The translations under genes and the position numbers were made by a program. This document shows, piece by piece, positions 25,536 to 39,163 of a stretch of DNA of 64,000 nucleotides (its first letter is position 1; every line of letters begins with the position of its first letter). This stretch comes from Lingula anatina (Eukaryota; Animalia; Brachiopoda), in contig CM120644.1 in the NCBI GenBank assembly GCA_051362555.1, positions 19,428,534 to 19,492,533 on the forward strand, read 5' to 3'. Under the pieces are notes generated by a model. It worked only from the letters and a program-made list of their open reading frames with translations. It made no database searches and was not told the origin of the DNA.

Positions 25536-26584
25536 TATGTACATATAAAAATAAACCAATGCATGTAATCCATCAAATCATGCCATACGCTAAACTGACA
25601 AAGATTGAACATTTGGATAAAATAACACGGATGACCTTATTTCCTACACCTAGGCTGGAAGCAAACATAGCACAAAGTACATACTGTGAGGCAACTATAC
25701 AGTCATATCTTTAAAAAATTGCAACATTTCAGTTATATTTAAAGAGTCTACACATTTTTATATTTGGCTAATCACGATCTTCACGGTGCACGTACAAATA
25801 GGTTTGAAAAAACACTAAGAGCAGGAAGAAAATATTGATAGGGTTTGTGAAAGGGAGGAGAAATCGAATGGAATTGATGGGTTTCATTATTGGTAATCTA
25901 ATGAAATCTTATGAAAACCGACAATTTATTAACGGCATATAAATTTCAAGCATGGTTTATCCCTGGTGCAAATTTACTGGTATATACGTCCCCATATTTA
26001 TTATTAAACTAAAAATGTGACAATGTGACACATGATACTGTAGTTTCTGTCTACACATAGATTTCCAGTTGTCTGATATATGAGCAGTATTTCGCTGCAA
26101 GCAGGATCGGTTGTCTGTTTTTATAAACATGTCATGTTAAACGGGCACATTTGTTAAATTTAATATCGGGCGTACTACTAAGGTAAATTAAAATCTACAG
26201 TACACGTGAATTTTGAGCATAAAAATGTAAAACAACAGCATCACCGTTTCCTCTGGGGTCAATGCCCAAGACCTCTTTTTAAATGTGGTTTGCTCAAAAT
26301 TAGGGTTGGTCGTGTCCGTTAACCAACTTATCGATTTAGTCTCACCTACCGGAGGGATGTTCGGGTAAATCTACCTGAGATATATCATTAACTAGTTTAG
26401 CATGTGATTTCCAGGAATAGTTCCCATTTAACATAAAAACATCAGATTACTATGAATCACACAGTCAAACACATGCACGCTGGTTTCACTTGAAATGACA
26501 GTGCGTCCTGTTGTGTTTAAGAGATTACTGTAAACTCCCCTTTTTCCCAACATACATCTTTCATTTTCCAGTAAGTCTTCCTTA

Positions 26585-26798
26585 CACCCCATTTCCATAG
26601 ATTAGATCGACCTATTTTAGATCGACCTAACTCCCTGGGGGTTCACGCTAAATAGCTGTCAGCCGGGCGGACACGAAAGTTAATTACCCCTTACAGCTTG
26701 GAGTAGGCGGGGACGGACACTTAAGGGGGATTATCTGACAGTAATCTAGTGAGACTCCCCGCGGTGATAGATCGATCTAAAGTTGTGGGAATAGAGCC
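26585..26798. mobile_element. Harbinger-type MITE, copy 2
   Basis: Reverse orientation relative to copy 1; TTA on both flanks; 214 bp. Confidence 0.9.
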
Positions 26799-27181
26799 TT
26801 AGACTGGCTCCCCAGATTCAAATCATGGATTTGTGTTTCGTCCTTTCGAAATTGTCGGATATTGTCTGTGACACAGAAACAGTTTTCAAAGAAAAAAAAT
26901 CAGTAGAAATCAGATATCTACCAATGTAAATACAGTTTGTTAAACAAAATTTTCACCAATGTTGAAGATGCTTACTAGTTCAGAAAGCACGTCATCTAAG
27001 ATAGAGAGAAGATAATGGAGGTAACGCCCACTTTCGATCACATGTTCAACGCCAACCAATACAATTGCGACAAGTACCTGAAATATAATATCGAAACCCT
27101 CCCATTACTATTGGATAAAAGAGTGCTCTATCCACGGCGTGGTAGACAATACACATTTATTGGCTCATACGCTGTGTAAGA

Positions 27182-27997
27182 ATGGCAGTGTTCCGTTTGT
27201 TATCATGTGTGCTCTTGTTGGTTCTTGTCCAGCACAGTAAAGTTAGGGGACACGACATGGTCCCAACTCACGACGGCGTTCTGTCACATCATACAGGCAC
27301 AGGTATCGGTACCGTTGATACTTGTTCATGTAAGAAGACCAAAGAAAAGGTTCGTATACCGTATACCGTAATAACTATATACTTACGCAGTATGCCCCCA
27401 ACCTTAGTAAGGATACTGACAGGGTTTTAATCATCAAAATACCGAAAACAATGAAAATCGGCTCGTTAGGTTTTGGGGGTTTCTGTGGCTAACGTTCACT
27501 GAGGACTTTTAAGCACAGTTTCTCAGAGCAATCTAAATAAGATATTATTTGGGTTTCATCATTATAGGGATGAACATTTTTCTACTGCTAAAATTCTAAC
27601 AGCCCGATTAAATAGAGATCATAAACAAGACGTTGAAAAAGACAAGACCGAGAAGAAGTACTGTGTTAAGTAATTTTCTTGACTCAGGCCCGTAGCCAGC
27701 AATTTCAAAAGGGGGGTTCTGTTTCTGAAAAAGTTGACCTTTTCCCATAAAAACTTCATGTATTAGATCAAATTTTACCCAGAGTGGACCTTTTCCTAGC
27801 AAAAGGGGCGGTTCTTTCGAACCCCGCGAACCCCCCTGGCTACGGGCTTGCTTGTGTAACGTTAAAACATCCACCTTAAGTTTTAGATTTGCTCTGCTAT
27901 TATAATTTTTTTAAACACCTTTATTCTCATAAATATTGTTGCATTATAATTGAAGGTGGCAATTCGCCAAGGCATTTCATGCTCACCTTTGAAATTA

Positions 27998-28043
<46 letters not shown>

Positions 28044-31000
28044 TTCAAGGAAAAGACAGCGACGAGGACATGAGTGACATTTGAGGGGAGTGAGGAACAG
28101 GGCATGGGGGAAAGGTATTTGTGTGAGGGAGGGGGCAATAGGCCATCAGGAGAGAGAAGTACCTGCGCCAGAACAGATATTGAGGAAGATTCAGACATTT
28201 TTGATTAAGAAATTCGACATTATTTCAAAAATTTTACCGTTTTGTCCAGATGTTCGTGTTTTATGGCTATGTAGGAACAGGGATATCTTATCTAGTTGGG
28301 TTCTGAAATATGCATAAGTTACACCAAGTATATCTTCAACAGGTTCGTAGATCACGACATTTCCTCTGTTTCAGTGGGCACTGAAAGAAAATATGTCGGA
28401 TGGTTTCGGGTTTCCCACATAAACAGTTAGGAGAAGCCATTGCTGTCCAGTTGTGGTCATATAGTTGGGCTCTAAATAACAAATCGACCCGGCCCTTTTT
28501 AGGATTTTTCCATTTTGTCTCAACAATGTCCACCACCCATCTGAAGCTTCCGAGACAAAATGTTATTATAATAACCCCTGTACTAGCTCAAAGCCGTTGA
28601 GAGGTCCAAGTACATTTAGTTGACAAAGGTCGAAAGTTGTCGGAAATTGTATTGTTTAACCCTGAAAATTTGCTGCCTTCAACGTGTCTTATTTTACTTA
28701 ATTAATTGCTGTAGGTAGCTGATTTGGAAAAGAGGTTACATGTCACATATTTAGAAGTGCAGAACAAGATAAGACTACAACAGGAACAGTTAGTGAAATC
28801 TGATGCTTTGCTGTCGAATTTAACTGATAAACTAGGGATCGCCTTGGAGAAAATCAAAAGAATGGAAGAAAAACTTAAAGGTAGGATATTCATTATAAGC
28901 CCACTGGGGCTGGGTGCAAAAAGAAAAAAATGTATCTGTATTACTTGCATTAGAGTAGAGGTCACTTAAATAAACAAACAAATATTAAAGTATAATAAAA
29001 ATGATAGTGTTAAATGAATTAAAGAATTTGTGAGTTTTGATGAATAAATGTCTTTGTTTGTGTACGTGGGGAGTGGACGGGGGGGGGGGGGGGGGGGTGC
29101 AAGCGTGTGTGTGTGCACATGTACGCAGGCCCGTAGCCAACTATTTCAAAGGGGAGGATTCTTTTTCCGAAAAAAAAAGTGGACCTTTTTAACCGTGACA
29201 CTTACATATGTTATATTTTCATGTTTTCATAAAAGACAAATGAAAACAAGCCTTGGCATATTTTAAATCATATTTAGTATGTGGAAAAGATGTTAAAAGT
29301 ACAACCCTTGACGAAAAGGGGTTGACCAAGAAAAAAAGGCCTTAATATTTCTAAAAACAGGAAAACAATTCTTGCTTTAGTAAAACAACTTTTACACATT
29401 ACCAAAATTTGTTATAAAATGTTGTCATTAGCAGTGTCATTTCTTCAATTTGAATGAACATGTTATTCATACAGAGCATCACATAACAGCACCCATTATA
29501 AAAAAACTGCTTAGGTGTAATGGAAAGTGAATGAGCATAAATGATTCATTAAATCTACAAATACAAAATCTACACAATGAAGAAAAAACTAAAAAATTAC
29601 AAAAGTTATATCAAAACTTGTAAAAATATCACTGCTTCCATTCACATTAAATGGCACCATTATCGAGAAAAAATACTGGTCACTAACCATATGACCATTG
29701 GATTATTCCATCCATGTTTTATAAGATTATTTCCTCAAGTACACTCAGAGTATTACACAAAGAGTGTCAACCAGAGGGATTAATATCCTAAATGGCAAAA
29801 TGCTTTGTACATCATAATAAAAGTCTATAATAAATATCAACCTAAAACAACGAGAAAATACAGTGCATTCAAATACAATTAGAAAATGGATGAATCAAGC
29901 ATAGTTTAAAATCTTAATTTTATCTGATAATTTGAGAGAAGACAATGGTCAATGAGCAGTTGTATTAAATTCTATACAGGATAACCCTGTAACTACATAC
30001 TTTGACACTTTTACAAATAATAAAGAGAAAGGAGGACATTCAGAAACTGCAGAATTTATAACAAATGTCACAGTACGTGTGTTATCATCTCTCGTCGTAG
30101 GGTGAACAATGTTTGTAGATATATTATTTTTCACACTACATTTACTTGTTGCGGCTTTGCACCTTCCTATACATAACTTAAAAACCACAACTTACTTCTT
30201 GTGAACTTCGTGGATTAGGCACGGATGAAGATTTGGCAATGCTAAGATATGAAGCATGTGGCAAAGACTGCATTCCCACAGATTTAGATCGATCCATCTG
30301 GATCGACCTAACTCCCTGGGGGTTCACGCTAAATTGCTGTCAGCCGAATGGGCACGAAAGTTAATTACCCCCTTACAGCTTTTAGTAGGCGGGACAGACA
30401 TTTAAGCAATCTAGCGAGACTCCCCACGGGGATAGATCGATCTAAAATCTGTGGGAATGCAGTCAAAAAAAAGAGAATAATATTCAGGGTGCATTGGTGA
30501 CACCAAAAAGCGATTTTGATGTTTTGGGATGTATGGAATTGCACAACTGCTTTAATTAAGATTCACATTATTTTTTGATGATGCTAACTAAGGTTAATCC
30601 CAAATATTTAAAAATTTAAGCTTTGATCTAAAACGAGGGGGTCTTCTTTTTTTCAGTAAATTGTATATTTGCCAGCATTTCTGTTCAGTTGAAAATTAAA
30701 CAAAAACGTTTGAGACTTTTAGAGTTCATATCATACTTTGTAAGCTGGCACATTTCTATAGATTCTTACAAATGCCTGTCTTCTGTTTTTCAGAGTGTCC
30801 GATTGGTTTCGTTGAACTCGGTGGCAGCTGCTATCATATCTCGACAGCTAGGAAAACTTGGTCCCAAGCTCAGGAGTACTGTCAAAGTCTCTTTGCCAAT
30901 CTGGCCACTATAACTTCCAAAGCTGAAAATGAGATGATTTCGGCCAACTTACCAGGTAAACTCATTTCCATTTGGTTTAATAGGTGGTTAATAGCTACGA

Positions 31001-31391
31001 TTTTCAAAACGTATCAAATAACTTGGGCTTCCAAACTTTTAGCGTGTTTCCTTTTAGCCTATTTCCTGCGTTTGCGACCTGGTTAGAATTTTTAAATAAA
31101 AAGTTATGTCGCTTGTTGTGTGATTTTGTTAAAAAGGAAGCTTTTTTGCTATATTTTAGATTCAGTGATTCACTGGTGGATAGGTGCTCACTACCTAGGG
31201 AGTGAGGGTACATGGGCATGGATTGCCTCTAACTCCATACTTACCTTCACAAACTGGTATGAAGGTGAACCTAACAAATTAATGAAGGCGGAAGAGAGTA
31301 TTGTGTGGAGCTTTTATGGAAACAGGACAACAACAAGTGGAATGATGCACCGTGCATTAGAAATTTTCACTTTGTCTGTGAACGCTCCTAA
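27182..31391 (+). CDS. Secreted coiled-coil + C-type lectin (perlucin-like) gene; exons 27182-27349, 28715-28880, 30794-30955, 31160-31391; frameshift in the last exon
   Basis: Signal peptide MAVFRLLSCVLLLVLV and a coiled-coil exon. CTLD: CPIGFVELGGSCY..TWSQAQEYC..LATI..WWIG..W.W..FTNWYEGEPN, then in a shifted frame EYCVEL..WNDAPC..FVCE. Intron phases 0/1/1 are compatible. Confidence 0.9.
27685..27850. mobile_element. Small MITE (CAGGCCCGTAGCCAG...CTGGCTACGGGCTTG)
   Basis: 15-bp imperfect TIRs; partial relatives at ~29127 and ~7322-7367; no clear TSD. Confidence 0.7.
27998..28043. repeat. (AAT)n microsatellite
   Basis: Direct reading. Confidence 0.95.
28320..28640 (-). mobile_element. 3' fragment of a non-LTR retrotransposon (CR1/L2-like) in lectin intron 1
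   Basis: LYDHNWTAMASPNCLCGKPETIRHIFFQCP matches the C-terminal CxCG..ET..H....CP motif of LINE ORF2. Confidence 0.7.
30266..30464. mobile_element. Harbinger-type MITE, copy 3
   Basis: Near-perfect TIR GACTGCATTCCCACAGATTT; AAA on both flanks. Confidence 0.88.
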
Positions 31392-31432
31392 ATCTGACGT
31401 CAATTTCAACCCCCGTGTTACAAAACTTAGGG

Positions 31433-31584
31433 TCAGTGTAACAGAAAGACCGCCTTCCATTTAGTTACAATGGTTAGGGTTAGCATGGCCTAAGTGGGTC
31501 AAAATCTAGGACGAGGCTTAGTTCTATAAATAAATGGGAAGCGGACTCTTTATCATGGGGAACTCTCTGTCACGTTGCATCGGT
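31433..31584. mobile_element. Degenerate small MITE with internal GGTTAGGGTTAG in the lectin 3' region
   Basis: Inverted AAAGA.CCGC.TTCCATTTA / TAAATGGGAAGCGGACTCTTT; ends resemble CCGGTGTAAC...GTTACACCGG. Confidence 0.5.
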
Positions 31585-32546
31585 ACCAAATGGCCATGTC
31601 ATATTCCATTACACCCCTTTCTCCATTCTCACCATTGCTAAACGATAAATTCGTTATCTTATCCAAGGCCCTGTCAAACGCAAATTTGGTGATCTTGGCC
31701 CTCCTGGTTTCCAGAGTTTTTGAGGTCACCGCACCCTGAGTTTAGATAGCTTCTGGGATCAGCTGCATGCTGAAAGTAGAGAGGAGAGTTTTTATTGACC
31801 TCTGGAATTTAGGGTGACAGGCTATGACGCAAGAGAGAACAAGGTTCACCTCTGTACAGCGCTCAAGGGAGCTGTGACATCTGTCAAAAAAGCAGTTTAT
31901 TTGATAATTGAAATTAAATTTTTCTTGAAAATTACTCTAAAAAAATGAATGACAATCCGCGCAGGCAATTTTCTGACAATCCTATCCATGGTGGATAATA
32001 ATAGCTGTCAAATGAGCAGGCTACTGCAATGTACAGGTAGCTGATTCTATTTGTTCCTGTAACTTTATAGTTACATTTATAATCTTCGAATAGTTTTCCA
32101 CTCAAGCAATATGAAGATCGCGATAACGGCTTCAGTATTAAATGAAATACGACCGATTAAATTCCTCTTTAATTCAACTCTGAGTGGAATATCATTAGAT
32201 AGCAAGAAATTTTACCCATGGCAAATATTGACAATCGTTCGATTTCCCAGAAAAGAACCTGTTTAAGAAGGACGTCTCATATGTCTTAATTGAAAGCAAA
32301 CAAACGACAGATATCTTCAGTTTTATCTTAGTTTAGCAAAAGTGCGTCTGTCGGCCATGCATCACCTGTATGTTTTACTATCATTATTTTCAACTGAAAA
32401 AAAAACACGTGTTTGAAATGGTTCTTCTGAAAATATGGATTTTTAATTACCATAAAAAATTCTCAGCTTTTGACTCAATTGAGCGAGTCGTAGGCCTACA
32501 TGCAGATGTCCTCTCTCCGTCGGTACGCCTGTAACAATATTGCGCA

Positions 32547-32585
<39 letters not shown>

Positions 32586-34019
32586 AATAAATAAAGATAA
32601 AAAAGATAACGTGTCAGCCAAGGCCAAAAAAATTCTATTGGCATTCCTTGATCAGTGCTCGATAGGATCACCTTGACCTACTTGGCAAGGTCAACTACCT
32701 CTGGTCACCTGATACCACCATGGCAACTAGACGCTTCCATTTTACCACAGTTTGAGACATTTAATTTATGTTGCTAATTTACTGCTAAAGCTGCGGCTAA
32801 GAATGCACGTTGAAGAAGAAGGATGGATTTTTTGGCCAAAATATTTAGGTACTAATAAAGATGAGTAAAATCTTAATAATTTGATTTCTTTTCTTCATTC
32901 TGTCAGGTTGATGTACACAACATAAGTTGCATGGATAATTAATGATAATTAATAATATACATAGTGAAAATACACGGATGTACGTTATTTTTAAAAGACT
33001 GATAAGAATAAACATATTAATATTTTGGCTTCACTCAACTGCATTTACAGGTAGATGAATTAATAACTAACATGAACATTGTTATAAAAAATTGCCAAAT
33101 TACTCATGAGTCTATTACATTTACTCGGGCAAGCATGCAATATTAACCGGAATTATTAACGAAAAATGATCACTTGACTGTAATTACATGAGGTCCTGTA
33201 CAGATATTACATTATCGTCATTTCATTAAGAAACGTTCAAACTAAAAGATCATTTTGACAGAGAATCCATTTAATCTTCAGGCGTTTTGAAAGATGTCGT
33301 TAAAGGAAATTCGTGGCTTGGCACGCGGCATAGAATAGCCGAGATATCGCTAATGTAGCATTTATGCGCATATAGTTATTTATATTGAATAATGTAATAA
33401 GATGACATGAGAAAACCATGAATTATTACAGGATTCCAACAATGGGCATTGTAAAATATTGTGTGAAATGCAATACTAACCCAAATTATTTACTCGGAGA
33501 ATTTTCCCTCAAGGTGACAAAAATCAGCCAAATTCTAAAGTTACAATAGCAATAACATACATGTAGTTCCTGAGAGTTAGATCTGATCTTTTAAAAGCAC
33601 GCCTTGAATAACGTTCATTCGACCTGATTTTGTAATTTGGCAAATAAGTTATCATACCACGCATCTGGTTTTCTATTTTTCTGTCTCTCGTAGTATATCC
33701 ACACTGGCCAAGGAAGTGTTAAACCTCTGTAACACCGGTCTTGCGACAGGAGGACTAACTTTAACCCACTTTCACGACTATGATAAAATAGCAGCTTGCA
33801 ATGGATATATTAATGTACTTCAGTATTTGGGAATCTTTTATTTGTTTTCTTTCCTATTTACGCCTGATTTTAAAGTTGTCTGATTTTAAAGTTCATTGAT
33901 TTGATCTTGACTATGAAATACTGCCAAAGCCCCAAATTTGAAAGGGGTGTCAGTTTGCCAGGTCTCCCCAACTACCAGACTCGGCACCGAGTGAACCCGA
34001 ATTCACCGGTAGATCGGAC

Positions 34020-35057
34020 CACACTACCCGTTTTCAAGGTGTGTGTCATGACGCATTTCACAGTATCATACCCCGGTGTACCATGAAAATCTGACTCCCC
34101 CAAAATGTGACTCCCCAGTCAAAATTTCATAATGAAAATGTGACTCCCCCCATGAAATTTTGACTCCCCCACAAAACTTTATAAATCTTATTTTATTTGA
34201 GTATGACTTTTATATTGAAGTATGCATAATGGAGGATATATTGGCACTTTTTGTTAGTTTGCAGGTAAAATTGATAATGAGAAAATAAGAAAATTAAAAT
34301 GTTTATTTTACCACCCAATGACTATGAAAAAGCTATTTATTTGATATTTGGTGATCACTTCAACATCTTTCCTTTGAGAATTATTTATGAAGAATATATT
34401 GGAAGTTTTTGGAAGTTTGGTGGTAAAATATTGGGTGCAAAAAAAAAAAAATAATAATAATAATAATGAAATTTCTTCATATTCAAACCTATGGGATTTG
34501 GACTCCCATGAAGAAAAGGCACCATTTTATATTAAGTCAGCATAACATTGTTTTTCACATGGTTTGCATTGTGACATATTTTTTGTTAGTTTTTGAAAGT
34601 TTGGTGGTGAAAATTTTGATGGAAATCGATTATTTTTTTAATAAGTATTCATCTTACTACCTGTTGGGTGGAAAATATAAATAGGGTAGAAAAATACACA
34701 TTTTAAATTTTCTTGTTTTCTCATAAAAATTTCTAAAAGTGCCAATGTATCCCCCATTGTGCATACTACAAGATAAAAGTTATATACTCAAATAAAACAA
34801 GATTCATAAAGTTTTGTGAAGGGGAGTCAATATTTCATGGTGGAGTCAGATTTTCATTGTGAAATTTTGACTGGGGGAGTCAGATTTTTATGGGAGCCAG
34901 ATTTTCATGTTACACCGGAACAATATTTGAGATGAGATGCACTACATTCCAACCCCGCTGAGAGTCATCACTATCACATCGTGTTCTAGGCAAGAGCGGT
35001 GTCGCCTCTGATACTTCGAAGCGCGTACTGACGCACACCTTGAAAACGGGTAGTGTG
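34020..35057. mobile_element. EnSpm/CACTA-like MITE hosting a nested element
   Basis: TIR CACACTACCCGTTTTCAAGGTGTG / CACACCTTGAAAACGGGTAGTGTG; 2-bp AC on both flanks. Confidence 0.75.
34073..34918. mobile_element. Nested palindromic MITE (CCGGTGTA...TACACCGG)
   Basis: Long imperfect inverted arms with subterminal TGACTCCCC repeats (four on the left, mirrored on the right). Confidence 0.85.
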
Positions 35058-35085
35058 ACCTGTTTGTAAACATTCATCTCTAATC

Positions 35086-35383
35086 CAGGAGCGGATCCAG
35101 AGATATTTTCTGACAGTATTCCAAATTATCTTTGTTGATCCATGCTCCATTTTTGATGGTCTTCCAACAGAAAAAAAATTAAATTTGACTAGCTGAATCA
35201 TAGTTCTATAAACCATACCAAATGGGACCATTTGCCCTCTAAAATACCAATATTTTTCGTGACCCTTCATCAGGCCCCAAACCCCACGCCAAGTGGGCGT
35301 GGGGCGGGGGATTGGGGTTGGGGGGGGTCGGTATCCGCGGACCCCCCCCCCCCCCCCTTCAAATAATCCTGGATCCGCCTCTG
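35086..35383. mobile_element. MITE (CAGG.GCGGATCCAG...CTGGATCCGCC.CTG)
   Basis: TIRs present; shares GATCCAGAGATATTTTCTGACAGT with 39259-39425. Confidence 0.75.
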
Positions 35384-37557
35384 TTGTTTAGCCCATAACA
35401 TGTTCGGACACAGGTTTCTCGGTGTTCATTCATATATTTATTTATTTATTTGCTAGTGGCACTTGGATCCGAACGGAACTAGGATTTATCCGTTCCATTA
35501 TGTCCACAAACAGGAAATAGGTACGCCTATTGATTGATTAAAATGTCAACATTCATCCCCTTTCCCCGGTGTTGAGTTTTGTAAAAGCAATGTATCAAAG
35601 AAATACGAAACCGCATGATGAAAGAAGCATGCGCAATATTTGTGGAATAAAGTGGTGTATTTTAACAAGTGGACCTCAGTTAAAAATTCATGTATATGTA
35701 TTTGACCTTGAACATTCATGAACAGTTTCAGCCACAGTCCCTCACCTAAAATGGGTCATACCTGTCTGTAATTTGCATAACAATAAGTTGCTCATCGTGG
35801 TGCGAGCTGTCTTTCCGAAGGCTCACTATACAGTAGGACACATCAAGGTGAAGATGCCGCAGCAATGTGCGGTACAGTTGCAAGGCCGTGCTTTTATGAG
35901 GCGAAGACATAAATGCATGTTTTGTAAGTATCACATTTTCTTCAGTAGATTTTAGTCAGTGGATATAAAAAGCGTAAAATAATGCAAGGAAAATTACGAC
36001 AAGTATTTATGTTGCGATTCTTTGTTATGTTTTGCCTGTCGTTTCTTTTATGTCACTCAGAATATTAGCTAGCATATTAGTAGATGGGAATATTAGGCCT
36101 ACCACAAATATCACGGACTAATTTAGATGATAATACCGTACTTGTCACAGAGCTTTTACAGAGCTTTTACTCCAAAGACAAGTGTGCTCTATCAACGTGT
36201 ACATCAATTTTATGATCAAAATATGGCGCACAAACGCGTGTTGCATAGCGATTTTAGATATTTCAACATTGATTAGTAGGTAAAATAAATTAACGTCTCT
36301 AGTAATAACCTCCACGCATTAAAGAATTGTTTTCATTGTTTATTTTTTCAAAGCAAGACATCTCAAATATCTTTATCAATAACTTCAGATCTTAATTTTG
36401 GCGTAAGGTAACCTCGATATGGATTGTTTTTTTGAAAATCGGACAAGTCAGTAAACACCACATCATTTCAAGTGGCCTTTGTCTTTGATGTAAAATGCAT
36501 TTGTTTATTTTCTGGGTCTGTTCGTTTAGTCAAATATTGTTTACATTACTTTCTCATTTCAGAAGTCCGCTGAGACACTGCGTACTGCACGACTACCGCT
36601 AGCAACCAAGCCTTTCATTCACTTTCTGGAACCAAACGCACAATCATTCATCTATTGTATTTTAATAAAAGCTGAATAGATACGTTTGTATTTACTTGTT
36701 TTTTTTTTTTACTTTGCTATGAAATAATGTCGATACAGATAGTGGTAATAATAAAGGGGTAAAATTATTAAGATATGATAACTGTTTGAGCACTTTAAAA
36801 TTTAATCCACCAAAATTGATTTGTAAATATTGTTTGGGATTGTTGATTTCTGCAGTAACAGAAGATATCTTAAACCAAAAGGTTTGTAAATATTCCCAAT
36901 ATTTTCTAAATTATTGAGTATGAGCATTTTAAGAATACACGTTCAAGATTTTCCAACAGTCCACATTTATAAATACAATCAGTATGAATTCACGATTTTG
37001 CTTTTTGAAAATGTATTCTGTATTTTAATCTGTAATTGGACATTTTTGTATATCTCTTGGAATAAATTAGTTCGTCCTCTCGTATACCATTTTCTGAATT
37101 TTTAATATGGGTTTTTGAAGAGTTCTGATTTTTGCTACAGAAAATCAATTCAAATTTCAAATTTCACGATCTTCTCAATTTAAATTTTAAACGGAAAAAA
37201 TGAGAAAGTTGAGAGACACATTTAAAATGGCAACAGTTGGAATTTGCTTCTCCCCAAAAAATAAGGTCTGAATATTCCGATCTATTTGAAAAGGGTCTTA
37301 TTAAAATGTTTGAAATATATTGATCCCTTCATTAAATTTTGTGACCATACAGTCCCAAATGTGCAGACAAAAAGGTTATATTTATATTAAATTGTAGAAA
37401 AGCAAATTTTGAGACCAATAATTTAATGATTATTTCAGGTTTATATCCCCTCAAAACTTTGCTAACACATTTTTCAAAATTGTGATCTTTCATAAAGCTA
37501 ATTCCACCGACATTATAATGTTGTTTTTGTGATGATTTTACGTGCATGCGCTCCTCA

Positions 37558-37935
37558 AATCGAATGTACTCGTCCCACCTGTCACCTCTCAAAAATAATG
37601 GACTCACCCCACCTGTCACCCCTCAGATGGAATGGACTCGCCCCACCCTTCACCCCTCGGATGGAATGCACTCGCCTCACCTGTCACCCGTTAAAAAGAA
37701 TGGACTCACCCCACCTGTCACCCTTGAGATGGAATGGACTCGCCCCACCTGCCACCCCTCAAAAAGAATGGACTCACCCGATCTGTCACCCCTTCAGATT
37801 TAATGGACTCTCCCCACCTGCTACCCCTCAAAAAGAATGGACTCGCCCCACCTGTCACCCCTCCCTCTGATCGAATGGACTTGCTCCACCTGTCACTCCT
37901 CAATCGAATGCACTCGACCCACCTGTCACCGTTCA
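37558..37935. repeat. Minisatellite, about 11 units of ~33-37 bp
   Basis: Consensus GAATGGACTC(A/G)CCCCACCTGTCACCCCTC; it explains the overlapping spurious ORFs here. Confidence 0.92.
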
Positions 37936-39163
37936 AAAAGGAACTGTCTGAACTGTTACCCATTTCAATACAGTCACACAAACCACACTCATATCAATTT
38001 ATAAAATAAAGTCATTCTAGTGTGTTTATTTATTTATTTTGGACATCTTTTACGACTGAAAATCATGGTGAAGAAATAAAATAAAATATATGCACTCTTA
38101 GATTGGCATAGACTCAAATAATGTGATTATAGGTCAAGGCCGTTTAGACAGAGGTACCTGCTCGTGACTGATCTTGAATTTTACATACTTGTTACTCTGT
38201 AGAGAGGTATTTAAACTTTGTTTAACATATTTTTAAGTGTGTTGGGCTCATTTTAAAACGCCTTTGGATCTGGTGGAACGTGGACAAAAATTTGGTATTT
38301 GAGGTTGACACATCTGCGTCGCTTACGTTGACATTACATGTTACGTTGACTACTCCACTACTCGGAGCTCTTGTGTCAAAGGCTACATTGTGCTCTGTGC
38401 TTGTATGCAATATATGGTGTGCATGTGTCAGTGCGTGCGTGCGCGTGTTTGCACATGTGCGTGATTCAGATGTGCATTTAAGTAATAATAATTTTGCTGA
38501 GAGTCATATGCCTTACCTTTATTCGCATAAATGTTTCAGTAAAGTAGCTGCTATTTGTCCTTAGCTTCTACATTTATTCTCTAATACTAATGCTACAGAA
38601 TGATTCTTAAAAGATGATAAGACAGGGGTTTTCCATTTTTTTTTATTGCATTACCAGGTCTTACAGTGTAACGTACAGTGTAATGAGAAAATAATAAGTG
38701 GACAATTTAAGAAAAGAAAAGATCCAGTAGAGCTGCAATTCGAACGTGGACTGTATTTATCATGATATGAATCACTCCAGTAAGTCTGAGAATAAACAAA
38801 AAAAAACACACGGTTATCAATTCATTGTTAACCGTGTGTTTTTTGGCTGAGATAAGATAACTTATGTTTCTCAGCATGAGCTATGTTATTTGGCTCAATA
38901 GGAAGAAGGCACTAAAACAAAATTTTGTGTTGCACTTGCATTTTAAATTTAGTCTGCATGAAAGTATAAAAACAGTTCTCTCTTACAAATTTCTGTGTTA
39001 GAATAACTGTTTAAAATATAAAATAGGTAATTGTGGTAAAGAACTGGAAATTTCTTTGTTTCCACTGTAATCAATTTCATGACATTATTGTTTTATTTCG
39101 ACAATCTTTTCCTTTCCTTTCTTTTCTTTTGCCTTGTAATTATAATGGTCATTATCATTTCAG

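Noticed and set aside
31472-31483. Telomeric TTAGGG tract
   Set aside because: Only about two units inside a MITE; not an interstitial telomere.
37529-38009. Regular ~35-bp repeats resembling a CRISPR array, and repetitive ORFs
   Set aside because: Units are contiguous with only short variable linkers, there are no unique spacers or cas genes, and the context is eukaryotic; this is a minisatellite.
38238-38303. Candidate TM1 exon of the PKD1-like gene (CVGLILKRLWIWWNVDKNLVFE)
   Set aside because: The phase fits, but the donor (GTTGAC) is weak and the similarity marginal, so it was left out of the model.
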